This document shows positions 39,042 to 47,812 of a stretch of DNA of 54,879 bases, in pieces (the first letter of the stretch is position 1; each line of letters opens with the position of its first letter). Source of the DNA: a virus. The stretch lies in IMG/VR virus record IMGVR_UViG_3300045988_121535; one strand, 5' to 3'. The notes beneath the pieces were generated by a model. That model saw nothing but the letters and a program-made list of their open reading frames with translations, made no database searches and was not told where the DNA came from. Made by a program: the position numbers and the translations under genes.

Positions 39042-39133
39042 ACGCCAACAGAGGGATTTGAACCCCCATGTCGGATTCTAACCGACACAATGGTTTTCAA
39101 GACCACGCCGTTATAACCGTTTCGGTATGTTGG
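39042..39133 (-). tRNA. tRNA-Ser (anticodon TGA)
   Basis: Acceptor GCCAACA/TGTTGGC, anticodon loop CTTGAAA, long variable arm, T-loop GGTTCAAATCC; no encoded CCA. Confidence 0.8.
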
Positions 39134-39289
39134 CAAATCCCTGATTTTTCAGTTTTGAGTTTAATGTCAGTCACGAAACCAGAAAAACGGACTGACAGGG
39201 GTTTGTCGATTTTTGAAGGGTAGGTTTTATATACGGTCAGTCAGCAGAATCAATGATTGCGATAAACCACGATACCGAAAGACCGCAAA

Positions 39290-39363
39290 TGGATTCTCTC
39301 GGACTTGAACCGAGGACCGTCCGGTTATGAGCCGGATGCTCTAACCAACTGAGCTAAGAATCC
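39290..39363 (-). tRNA. tRNA-Met (anticodon CAT; elongator type, or Ile2 if lysidinylated)
   Basis: GGATTCTTAGCTCAGTTGGTTAGAGC...CTCATAA...GGTTCAAGTCC; discriminator A. Confidence 0.8.
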
Positions 39364-39546
39364 AGAGTGGGGCGTGATGCCGTTAAAACGCCCCAAATAT
39401 GAAGTTGGTGTTTGGTCTTGTTGCCAGTCCCCATCGGCATACAAGCCAAAAACCCACCGAGCCGTGCGATGGCTCTTAACAGGATTCCCCTAGTGGGTGA
39501 AAGGTTGTGTTATCCATCGGGAAAAATGTCCAAAAACCCGATGAAA

Positions 39547-39617
39547 AGCACCAGACGGGAATCGAACCCGTTTCCGCAGTTTGGAAAACTTCTGTTCTGC
39601 CATTAAACTACTGGTGC
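39547..39617 (-). tRNA. tRNA-Gly (anticodon TCC)
   Basis: Acceptor GCACCAG/CTGGTGC, T-arm ACGGGTTCGATTCCCGT, loop TTTCCAA, discriminator U; one A:G mismatch in the anticodon stem. Confidence 0.65.
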
Positions 39618-39741
39618 ATATATAAGACCCTGCGTCCGAAAATCAGCGTCTATAGCCGCCTTGTTTCTTGCCATAATCGCCGTACAGTCATGAACTAAAC
39701 CGCTCAAAGGCAAGCGCAACAAACAGGGTACATATCAGAGT

Positions 39742-39978
39742 TTAATATCTCGGCATATAGAAAAAGTCACCACAATTCGGAATGTCTTTCCTTATGACAA
39801 GGCATAATTTTTGGAATATTTCATAAGACCGCTCTGTTTTCGTATAGCGACCAAGTAGTATTCGCTCCCTATCTTTTTCTGCAATGATTTCTTTCCCGTG
39901 TCTAAAAATATCTATTCTATGAAATTTATCCTTGCCAACAGAATGCTTTCTATCTTGACTAATAATCGTTATCATCAT
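39742..39978 (-). CDS. small protein, paralog A of a tandem pair
   Basis: IISQDR...LG.Y...FYMPRY; AAAGGAG RBS. Confidence 0.5.
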   Translation of the reverse strand: MMITIISQDRKHSVGKDKFHRIDIFRHGKEIIAEKDRERILLGRYTKTERSYEIFQKLCLVIRKDIPNCGDFFYMPRY

Positions 39979-39980
39979 GC

Positions 39981-40211
39981 TCACTCCTTTGGCATATAAA
40001 AAACTGTACTGCCAGAGAAGGGGAGTTCTTCATACAGAGCGTGAATCTCTGCAAGCACTTCCATTGCTCGATCTTCGTTCCTATATTCTCCGAGAACAAT
40101 AGACTTGAGTGTTATATCGTTAAGGATGGCCTTGACATAATTTTTAACTACTAACAGTGATACTCCACTTTCATCAATGGAAGCTGTTCTATCTTGGCTT
40201 AAAATTCTCAT
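39981..40211 (-). CDS. small protein, paralog B of a tandem pair
   Basis: ILSQDR...LGEY...FYMPKE; AAGGAG RBS 9 nt upstream. Confidence 0.5.
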   Translation of the reverse strand: MRILSQDRTASIDESGVSLLVVKNYVKAILNDITLKSIVLGEYRNEDRAMEVLAEIHALYEELPFSGSTVFYMPKE

Positions 40212-40217
40212 TCTGTT

Positions 40218-40366
40218 CACTCCTTCGGTTCAAAATAATCACAGCCATAATCATATTCCGTGTAATCAGTGTAATATTCACTATCCTCGTTATTGCAAGT
40301 AAAAAGCAGCTCATGGTCTATACTGGCATATTTGCACTTACCGCAACATTCTTTTTCATCGTACAT
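40218..40366 (-). CDS. 49-aa Cys-rich mini-protein
   Basis: MYDEKECCGKCKYASIDHELLFTCNNE...; below the ORF-track length cutoff; stop overlaps the next start region. Confidence 0.3.
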
Positions 40367-40631
40367 ATGTAACACCGCCTACTTGCTCTTTCAAAGTGTA
40401 ATCTTCGCAGTTATTATTGAGTCTGCAATAATAGCCTTTACAAACTACGTTTCCGTAGTCCTCAACAATGAAATATTCGCAGTCAGTACAGGTTACATTT
40501 GGATGATACTTTGGTCTTGTAGGAGATTTTAATTCCTCAATCTCCTTTTTCAGATTTTCGATTGTACGGTCTCGCACATCGACATCGAATTCCAAATCCT
40601 TAATTCTTCTAAATGGGTTTATGCGAAACAT
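40356..40631 (-). CDS. small Cys-rich protein
   Basis: ATG 40631 with AAAGGAG RBS; CTDCEY...CKGYYCRLNNNCEDY. Confidence 0.45.
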   Translation of the reverse strand: MFRINPFRRIKDLEFDVDVRDRTIENLKKEIEELKSPTRPKYHPNVTCTDCEYFIVEDYGNVVCKGYYCRLNNNCEDYTLKEQVGGVTYVR

Positions 40632-40884
40632 CTTTGTCACTCCTTTATGCAGATAGGGGCTTTTTGTTTTTGCGGATATTTGTGGGACTAAGTAGGGGCT
40701 TTTTCTGAACCCCTTCAGACCCCCACCCCCGTCTATTTTCAACGGCGGAATCATCCAAGCCGCAACAACCGCTGTTCATCCGAATTGGCTATAATTTTCT
40801 GTATTTATTCGCAAAATGATAGTTATGCGAATAGTTTTAAATCAATATCTTGTGTCAAGCATTTATTTTCAACTAGATATTGAT

Positions 40885-41508
40885 TTATTCGTTGGCGCTG
40901 TCCGTCAATCTGTCTGTACCTTGTACAATTTCAACAGTTTTAACCTCGTTCAGCCTCGGAAGTTCGGCAGCGGATAGGGCGGCTGCGTGTCTATTGGCAT
41001 CCGCTGTATACGGGCTGCTCCAGCCGTAGAAGTGGTTAAGAATCGCAATCACGCCGACAGGATTCTGTTTGCCTGTTGCCAGCTTTCCCGATAAACTTTC
41101 TAGTCTTGTATCTACCAGCTTTTTGTAAATAGGAAAGGCTTTATTACTTAATTTTTTATTATTATGACCCCATTCTTCTATGGTATCTCTGTTAATACCA
41201 GTTAAATAACTAAAACCATTGATAGATACTTCTTTGTCATTCATCAGGGATAAATAAATATATATATCGCAAATATGGTCTACAAGTTCATAGTTATAGG
41301 CATTACAATTACTCATTGCTCCTATACCATTTTTGAATAGGGTATTTGATTTTAACTGTTTAACATCCGGGAATACAATTTTTTTAATATACATCAGGGC
41401 GGCGTTCCAGACGCTTTGTGATTCCTTTGAAATATTCGTGATTCCCTTTTCAGCGCAAAATGAATCTAGGCACGCCTCGATTTCTGAATCATAAATTTTA
41501 TTTTCCAT
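40885..41508 (-). CDS. terS: putative terminase small subunit
   Basis: HTH-like GFSYLTGINRDTIEEWG and C-terminal NPVGVIAILNHFYGW motif reminiscent of TerS families; first substantial gene of the packaging region. Confidence 0.4.
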   Translation of the reverse strand: MENKIYDSEIEACLDSFCAEKGITNISKESQSVWNAALMYIKKIVFPDVKQLKSNTLFKNGIGAMSNCNAYNYELVDHICDIYIYLSLMNDKEVSINGFSYLTGINRDTIEEWGHNNKKLSNKAFPIYKKLVDTRLESLSGKLATGKQNPVGVIAILNHFYGWSSPYTADANRHAAALSAAELPRLNEVKTVEIVQGTDRLTDSANE

Positions 41509-41754
41509 GCTCCGCGCCTCCTTTCTTCGTCCCGCTCCGGTAAATTAAAAAAGCCACAGAAAAAGATTTTACTCTCATTCTGTGGCGTGTTGGTATCTTC
41601 GTGAAAAACTGGGGTGCCGTCCTTACCTGCCGAATCATTGACCGCAACGGCAGCAGGTCAACATCCGTTAAATTGTTTTTTTGATTTAAAACAATCATAC
41701 AAAAAATTATTCTGATTGTCAATATAAAATTTAAAAACTGGTTTTTCTGTTTTT

Positions 41755-41860
41755 AGATTAAATTTACTAGTTGTATTATAAATTACTAGTTAGATTTAAT
41801 TACAACTATGAATTTTAAATTTACTAGTTTTGTTTTTTAATTACTAGTAAGATTCAATTT
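41755..41860. promoter_or_regulatory. four spaced TTACTAGT(T/A) palindromic repeats (one perfect TTACTAGTAA)
   Basis: Direct inspection: about 25-30 bp spacing, between the XRE gene and the putative terS. Confidence 0.45.
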
Positions 41861-41936
41861 TAATAAACCAGTATACAGATGCTTACATGGGGTATCTGTA
41901 TCTAAAATTAGCTATACATTTTCAGATATACAGTTG

Positions 41937-42158
41937 TCAATTATCGTCTGGAACATATTCTATCAGATGTTCTGGCTGCATATTCAACACCTTGCAAATA
42001 TTGTTTAATGTTTTCATAGAAATATTAGTATCGTTTTTCTTGATTTTACGCCATGTTTCTTGTGAAAACACACCAGATTTAATGGCAGTATATGACGTAA
42101 TCCCAGCCGTTTCCAATGCTTCATAAACCGAAAATTTGAATCTAATCATGTTTATCAA
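41937..42158 (-). CDS. XRE-family HTH transcriptional regulator (Cro/C1-type)
   Basis: ISMKTLNNICKVLNMQPEHLIEY. Confidence 0.75.
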   Translation of the reverse strand: MINMIRFKFSVYEALETAGITSYTAIKSGVFSQETWRKIKKNDTNISMKTLNNICKVLNMQPEHLIEYVPDDN

Positions 42159-42300
42159 TCTCCTTTCTTTTTTTCATATTATCATACTATTTTTGAATAA
42201 TAAGGTCAATAGGATATAACTTTTTTTAGACATAAAAATGTATCTTAAAAAAGATAGAAAATTGTCAATTAAAATAGCCGCCATTTCTGGCGGCTATAAA

Positions 42301-42840
42301 TTAAATTGTTTCCAGTCTTGCCCTTGTAAGAGTTTCGGCTCGTTTCTTTTCCTTCTCTGCGGTCTCCATTGCCATAAGCTGGGCGTATGTGGCGGCGTAT
42401 TCTGGATTAGCTAGCAGCTCGCGCCGTTCCTGCTCCTCCTGTTCTTTCCGCTCCTGTCTTTCTTCCTCCTGTCTGATTTCGTCTGTTTTCCTGTTATCGA
42501 ACATAGCTTGAATATCCTCAATAGTCAGCGGTTTCAAGCCGTTTTCGGGCGTGCTGTCGGGTGTTTTCGCATCGGGTAGGGGATTGAACGATTCTGACGT
42601 TTCCGGCTCTGCGGGGGTAATCTCCGCCGCTTCTGTATCTGGTGTAGTGTCTGCTACTTTTGTAGATTCTTCACCGTTCAGATTGTCTAATACGCATTTA
42701 ACAATAAATCCGTTCAGACTGTCCCCTGCGGCGTTCCTGATTCGTTCTTCGTCCTCCTTTTTGAATCTGACAAGGGTTTTAAAATAGTTGTTCTTTTCAT
42801 ATTTTGCGGTTGCCCTTATGTGGGCTTTACTTGTAGCCAT
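42301..42840 (-). CDS. ribbon-helix-helix-like DNA-binding protein with acidic/PT-rich linker and E/R-rich tail
   Basis: KTLVRFKKEDEERIRNAAGDSLNGFIVKCV (beta-strand plus helices); first gene of the minus-strand operon. Confidence 0.4.
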   Translation of the reverse strand: MATSKAHIRATAKYEKNNYFKTLVRFKKEDEERIRNAAGDSLNGFIVKCVLDNLNGEESTKVADTTPDTEAAEITPAEPETSESFNPLPDAKTPDSTPENGLKPLTIEDIQAMFDNRKTDEIRQEEERQERKEQEEQERRELLANPEYAATYAQLMAMETAEKEKKRAETLTRARLETI

Positions 42841-42849
42841 CTCGTAACC

Positions 42850-43010
42850 TCCTTTATTGTTATCGTGTTATTTATTATAACGATATCATAATGATGCTAT
42901 CGTGTCAATATATTCATGTTATCGTGTTAATGCTATCGTTATAAATATATAGTGTTATCGGTATATAATTTGCACAATGAATATATATCGTTATCGTGTT
43001 ATTTTTGGCT
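42850..43010. repeat. iteron array: at least five copies of GTTATCGTGTTA-like 11-12-mers plus ATCGTTAT variants
   Basis: Direct inspection of the divergent intergenic region. Confidence 0.6.
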
Positions 43011-43097
43011 ACTATTCCGTATCGAAATTATAACACGTTAGCGTTATAATATACTCAAGAAGTTAAGAAAACAGCAAAACAAAAGGAGGAAATTAAA

Positions 43098-43700
43098 ATG
43101 AAAAGCCAAAAAGAGTTAAAAGAAATCTACATGAATATCATTAAAAAGGAAGTCTGGACAAGTAGCACATCAATGCAGGAATATGCAAGAAAAATGGTTG
43201 CATACGTTGTAGAACTGCCAGACGGAACGATTATTGACTTTGATAAACCTAAAATTCAAAAAGATTTCTGCTTTGGTGCAGGGATGTATGCAAGGGCAAC
43301 CGATGAAGAAATGGAGGAAACTCAAAGCATGGTTGAACATGCCAGAACATCAGAAAACTTTTTTAAAAGAAAAAATCTGGAAGAGATTAACAGTCAGATT
43401 GAAAATCTTTATCAGGCTCTTGAAGGGGAATATGAAGTTTATACTTCACTTCATTACTACGGGCAGGAAATCGGATCACGATTAAAAAGCTATAGCATTT
43501 GCCGAATTTCGCAAAATCCGGAATATGCGCCGGGATATTGGAGTAACTGTCGTGATTTGAAAAAGTGCGGAAAAGATGAAATTGAAATTATTATTTCAGG
43601 GCTTGAGCAAGTTAGAAAAGCATTTGCAAAACGCATTGACACATATTTAAAGAAATACGGAACAAGCAAAGTAAACGCATGGTCGTATATCCGTGACTAA
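43098..43700 (+). CDS. hypothetical protein
   Basis: AAAAGGAGG RBS; 200 aa. Confidence 0.5.
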   Translation: MKSQKELKEIYMNIIKKEVWTSSTSMQEYARKMVAYVVELPDGTIIDFDKPKIQKDFCFGAGMYARATDEEMEETQSMVEHARTSENFFKRKNLEEINSQIENLYQALEGEYEVYTSLHYYGQEIGSRLKSYSICRISQNPEYAPGYWSNCRDLKKCGKDEIEIIISGLEQVRKAFAKRIDTYLKKYGTSKVNAWSYIRD

Positions 43701-43772
43701 AAAGTCGAAACCGCCTTCGGGCGGTCTTGGGTAGGGTGGCAACCGTCCAACTGATGAGACAAGCCAAGGAAA

Positions 43773-44171
43773 ATGGAACATGAGAAAAAGAAAGTAAAGA
43801 AAAGAATGAAAAAATTTGAATTGTTTATGGGACATTTGGGTAACGATATTACTATTTGCAACAAGGCAGTAGAGGAAAACGGAGATTATAAAAGTGTTGC
43901 CCATATTGCCAATTGCGGAAAAATTACATGGTATGTCAATCCCGAAAGATACATACCATCCGATGCGCTATTAAAAATTGAGCATACGGCTAATGTACAG
44001 CATGAAAAATGGGAACAGTGGTTAAACTCTATGCCGGAGATAAAACAGCATGAAAAACTGTTAAATGCTGTTCCGTTGAATGTAATGCTTTATGCAATGG
44101 ACTTAGGCGGCGGATTGGAAAGAAAAATTCATTACCTAAAGAAAGTGTGTTATGAAAAGGCGTACTTTTAA
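43773..44171 (+). CDS. hypothetical protein
   Basis: 132-aa ORF. Confidence 0.45.
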   Translation: MEHEKKKVKKRMKKFELFMGHLGNDITICNKAVEENGDYKSVAHIANCGKITWYVNPERYIPSDALLKIEHTANVQHEKWEQWLNSMPEIKQHEKLLNAVPLNVMLYAMDLGGGLERKIHYLKKVCYEKAYF

Positions 44172-44175
44172 CAAA

Positions 44176-44213
44176 AAGGAATCCGCAGGGCTTGACGTTC
44201 TGCGGATTGGCTG
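44176..44213 (+). terminator. stable hairpin (possible terminator)
   Basis: AATCCGCAG-ggcttgacgtt-CTGCGGATT; no clear U-tract. Confidence 0.35.
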
Positions 44214-44236
44214 TGTAGAAAAGGAGAGATAACCGA

Positions 44237-44527
44237 ATGAAAAAAGAAAAGTTTTTCGCAGTCCGTCAGCTTGCAGGGCAAAAAAAGGAGCGTGTGCTTG
44301 CGGAAGGGTACAGGGTGGAGCGCGGAGAATTTGTTTTTTATATCTGCGGCTCTGGTGGCTCTTGGAGCGTGACAGAAGCAAAAAGCGGTATGTTAATAGG
44401 TGTTTACGGAAAAACCCGAAAAGAATGTATAGAAAAATTACAGGCGTTCGACCTGTCAAGGCTTGAAAAATTCGACCTTGAGAAGCTGAATAAGGAAATG
44501 CTTTCTCTGCCCCTCTGCGGCTTGTGA
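44237..44527 (+). CDS. hypothetical protein
   Basis: AAGGAGAG RBS; 96 aa. Confidence 0.45.
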   Translation: MKKEKFFAVRQLAGQKKERVLAEGYRVERGEFVFYICGSGGSWSVTEAKSGMLIGVYGKTRKECIEKLQAFDLSRLEKFDLEKLNKEMLSLPLCGL

Positions 44528-44799
44528 GAGGGCGTTTTCTTTTTTTTGGCGGTTAATCGGTCAAGTGAAATAAAAAGGCGGCTTATAGGGGCGAATATAG
44601 GGCGAAAATGCATATTGAAAATGTTTTCTGTTTTTGGTATTATAAAAATGATTAAGATTTCCCAGTGGATAAAAGTGAGAAATGGCACTGCTTTATGCGG
44701 TGCTTTTTTCTTTGCCAAAAATAGGGCGAAAAATTTTTTGAAAGCAGAACCCCAAAAACCCACCAAAAAGGCAAAATATTCACAAAAAGACAAAAAATA

Positions 44800-44828
44800 T
44801 TGCAAAAAAATTGTTAGTGTTATATGAT
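44800..44828 (+). promoter_or_regulatory. sigma-A-type promoter TTGCAA-17-TATGAT
   Basis: Spacing and consensus match; upstream ATAGGG(G)CGAA repeats at 44585-44608 and 44721-44733. Confidence 0.5.
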
Positions 44829-44858
44829 GGAAGGACAAAACAAAAAGGAGGGTTTTAT

Positions 44859-45704
44859 ATGAAATTTCAAAGATTAAAAGACATGGTTTGCGGTGCTGTG
44901 ATTGCATCAATGGTCTTGTGTTCTGGTACGGTGGCATTTGCGAAGGTGGCAAATATGAACATCCCCGTATCATTCAGCAACATCAAGATCATTGTCGATG
45001 GGAAACAGCTTTCCACAAGCAAAGAGCCGTTTACATACAACGGCACAACGTATCTGCCAGTCAGAGCAGTAGCAGAAGCAGTTGGTAAAGATGTTACATG
45101 GGATGGTACAACAAAAACGGTTTATCTTGGTGAAAAGCCGCAGAATACCGCGCCAACAACAAGCAATCAGACAACAGAATTAAGCGCAAAAGAATACTAC
45201 TATGAGAAATACGGTTCTTTTTATTACGACCTTCTGGTAACAAATCATTCTTCTGATTCGCTGAGGGTTGAAAGCAATGTAGTTGCAAAGGACGCGGCAG
45301 GAAATTCTATCGGGGCAAAGTCTGATTCTGCTCTTGTTGTCGGTAGTGGAGAAACAGTAGTTTTGGAGCATATTTTTGATAGTGTTCCTGCGAAAACAAC
45401 ATACACGTTAAAAACGAAAAAAGAAACAGATTTCAAATCTGCGAATGATGACTTGAAAATAGCTTCTTCCAAAGCAGGAAACAAGGTTCTTGTTACTGCT
45501 ACAAATTTAGGAAACTATGACATGGAAGCGGTAAAAGCGACCGTATTTTTCTTCAAAAACGGAAAAGTAGTTGATTCTGATTACAAATATTTAGACGATA
45601 ATAGCTACAAACTGAGCGCAGGCGGTACAGTTACGGAAGAATTTGCACCATTTCCCGAAAAGGAATTTGACAAGTATGAGGTATACGTTGAAGCGAGAAA
45701 ATAA
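44859..45704 (+). CDS. secreted protein: signal peptide plus copper-amine-oxidase-N1 (stalk) domain plus beta-rich C-terminal domain
   Basis: Signal peptide MKFQRLKDMVCGAVIASMVLCSGTVAFA; IIVDGKQLS...YNGTTYLPVRAVAEAVGKDVTWDGTTKTVYL. Confidence 0.65.
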   Translation: MKFQRLKDMVCGAVIASMVLCSGTVAFAKVANMNIPVSFSNIKIIVDGKQLSTSKEPFTYNGTTYLPVRAVAEAVGKDVTWDGTTKTVYLGEKPQNTAPTTSNQTTELSAKEYYYEKYGSFYYDLLVTNHSSDSLRVESNVVAKDAAGNSIGAKSDSALVVGSGETVVLEHIFDSVPAKTTYTLKTKKETDFKSANDDLKIASSKAGNKVLVTATNLGNYDMEAVKATVFFFKNGKVVDSDYKYLDDNSYKLSAGGTVTEEFAPFPEKEFDKYEVYVEARK

Positions 45705-45724
45705 TATTGAAAAGGAGTTTAACC

Positions 45725-46243
45725 ATGGAAAACAAAGAAAATGAAGTAAAAAAGTGCAAACATTGTCAGTCAGATATTCCGAAAAAAGCCAAGATTTGCC
45801 CTAATTGCAGGAAAAAGCAAGGCGGTAAGTTGAAATGGATTATTGCATGGATTTTTTTAATTATTATTGCGATTGCTTTAATTGGCGGTGGAGACGATTC
45901 CAGCAAAAAGGAAGAAAAGGACATTGAATACAACAAGGTTGATATTCAAGCAATGTATGATGATTTGGAAAACAATCCTGCTGCTGCGGCTGAAAAGTAC
46001 AAAGATACATACATTGAGTTTAGCGGTTCTATGGATGTCATTGACAGTGATTTAGCCTACATCGGCGTTATGCCAACGGAAGGATTACACATCGTTTCCG
46101 TAAGCTGCAAACTCAAAGACGATACACAGAAGGATTTCGTAAAAAGTGCCGCAAAGGGAGATATTGTTACTGTAAAAGGCAAGTGTACGGAAGTCGGGGA
46201 AATCATGGGATATACCGTTGAGGTGAAAGAGTTGACAAAATGA
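45725..46243 (+). CDS. membrane protein: N-terminal zinc ribbon, TM, OB-fold (tRNA_anti-like) ectodomain
   Basis: CKHC...CPNC; TM WIIAWIFLIIIAIALIGG; YKDTYIEFSGSMDVID...VTVKGKCTEVGEIMGYTVEV. Confidence 0.55.
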   Translation: MENKENEVKKCKHCQSDIPKKAKICPNCRKKQGGKLKWIIAWIFLIIIAIALIGGGDDSSKKEEKDIEYNKVDIQAMYDDLENNPAAAAEKYKDTYIEFSGSMDVIDSDLAYIGVMPTEGLHIVSVSCKLKDDTQKDFVKSAAKGDIVTVKGKCTEVGEIMGYTVEVKELTK

Positions 46244-46386
46244 ACAAAAAAATGAAAATTCTTCTTTTCATCGTCATTGTAATTATCTGCGTTGCAAGGT
46301 TTTCTTTTCTCAAAGAAAATTCAGGGAGTTTCAACAAGGGACTGGAACGAACAGAGGAAATTGTGGATATCGTAAAAGGCAATTAA
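46240..46386 (+). CDS. 48-aa single-TM peptide
   Basis: ATGA overlap with the upstream stop; followed by a strong terminator. Confidence 0.4.
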   Translation: MNKKMKILLFIVIVIICVARFSFLKENSGSFNKGLERTEEIVDIVKGN

Positions 46387-46393
46387 AAGCAGA

Positions 46394-46422
46394 AAAAGCA
46401 CCTTCGGGTGCTTTTTCTTTTG
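46394..46422 (+). terminator. rho-independent terminator
   Basis: AAAAAGCACC-ttcg-GGTGCTTTTTCTTTT. Confidence 0.85.
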
Positions 46423-46439
46423 GAATTTTTAAAAATCTA

Positions 46440-46480
46440 TTGACTTTTTGTGCGTACTATTATATATTAAATGTGCGTAC
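46440..46480 (+). promoter_or_regulatory. promoter TTGACT-17-TATATT flanked by TGTGCGTAC direct repeats (putative RHH operator)
   Basis: Direct inspection. Confidence 0.5.
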
Positions 46481-46499
46481 AGAAAGTGAGGTGATGAAA

Positions 46500-46673
46500 A
46501 TGTCTCCACGCACAGGAAGACCAAAGGTTGAAAATCCAATGAATGATAGGATCTATGTAAGAGTGACTAGAGAGGAAAAGGAAAAAATCATGAAATTTTC
46601 TTCTGAAAGCGGATACTCGATATTAGAGTTGATAAGATTCGGGATTGAAAAACTGAAAGGTCAAAAAAAATAA
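46500..46673 (+). CDS. ribbon-helix-helix DNA-binding protein
   Basis: RTGRPKV...RIYVRVTREEKEKIMKFS...SILELIRFGI. Confidence 0.5.
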   Translation: MSPRTGRPKVENPMNDRIYVRVTREEKEKIMKFSSESGYSILELIRFGIEKLKGQKK

Positions 46674-46789
46674 CGGTTACGCCCCGACCAAAGTTTGTAA
46701 CCGTTAATCCACTCGAGATTTCTCTCTATGGAATATTTTAACATAAAGGGAAATCTCTTTCAAGTTAAGATTGAAGGAGGTTATCGAAA

Positions 46790-47464
46790 TTGAATGACGT
46801 TATCACAATCGAAAACACCGAAATGCAGATTAGAGAGTATGACGGCGAAAGAGTTGTAACATTCAAGGACATTGACACGGTGCATCAGAGACCAGCAGGA
46901 ACAGCAAGAAAGGCGTTTTATAGAAACAAAAAAAGATTTGAAGAAAACAAACACTATATCAGTTTAAAGCCTAAGGAAAATCCTAATGTCCGTTTAACGG
47001 ACAATAGAAATATTTCCATTCCTAACAAGGGCATTACGCTGATAACCGAAAGAGGGTATCTCCTGCTTGTAAAGGCATTTACAGACGATTTATCTTGGAA
47101 AGTGCAGGATATGCTTGTAGACGTATATTTCAAGGTCAGAGAGGTGCAGAAAGAGCCATATTACAAAGAACCGCTCGCAGAGGATTTCACGCCCAGAGTG
47201 CCGATTGTATCTGACTGGTACGAGAGGAACAAGGGTAGGATGTATCGACTTTGCAGAGACAGCGGAAACAGCCGCAGCTATCTTTATCATTGTATCTTGA
47301 ATCGACTTTCCGAACGATACGATTTGAACGCCGCAAGGGAGATTTACAGGAACGAGGTCGGGAAGTATCCAGAATACCCGATTGATATTGTAAAATATTT
47401 CCCAGAGTTAGAACAGGATGCGGACAGATTTCTTGACCGTATCGAGCGAATGACCTACAGGTAA
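46790..47464 (+). CDS. ORF6N/Bro-N-type antirepressor-like protein
   Basis: N-terminal domain EYDGERVVTFKDIDTVHQRPAGTARKAFYRNK...ITLITERGYLLLVKAF; paralog at 49604. Confidence 0.6.
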   Translation: MNDVITIENTEMQIREYDGERVVTFKDIDTVHQRPAGTARKAFYRNKKRFEENKHYISLKPKENPNVRLTDNRNISIPNKGITLITERGYLLLVKAFTDDLSWKVQDMLVDVYFKVREVQKEPYYKEPLAEDFTPRVPIVSDWYERNKGRMYRLCRDSGNSRSYLYHCILNRLSERYDLNAAREIYRNEVGKYPEYPIDIVKYFPELEQDADRFLDRIERMTYR

Positions 47465-47497
47465 AAAGGAAAGGGGGCTAATAAAAGCCCCTCAATC

Positions 47498-47812
47498 CTA
47501 AAATATTCGTTTCAATATGTAACGATTGCCGCCACAAGTGATGAGAGCCTTAGAAAGACCATCGTCAATAATTTCCGAATTGGAAATTTCCAGAACCTTT
47601 ACCAGAGATATACCGACATTGTCGCAGATTCTAACGAACGTGGAAAGCCGCATATCTTCCGTTTCCTCATTGATGATATTATACATCGCTTTGTATGATA
47701 AATCACATTGGATGGAAAGCTGCGCGATGCTCCACCCCTTTAGAAACATCTCACGGCATAGCTCGGTTTTGAGATTTGATATACATTGCCCCGGGTTTAC
47801 CCCATAATTCAC
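47498..47812 (-). CDS. XRE-family HTH protein
   Basis: LSIQCDLSYKAMYNIINEE...LSTFVRICDNVGISLVKVLE; start may be the internal Met. Confidence 0.6.
   Translation of the reverse strand: MNYGVNPGQCISNLKTELCREMFLKGWSIAQLSIQCDLSYKAMYNIINEETEDMRLSTFVRICDNVGISLVKVLEISNSEIIDDGLSKALITCGGNRYILKRIF

Noticed and set aside
41498-41722. 74-aa minus-strand ORF upstream of the putative terS
   Set aside because: It overlaps the terS start and runs into the repeat-rich regulatory region; no RBS; likely spurious.
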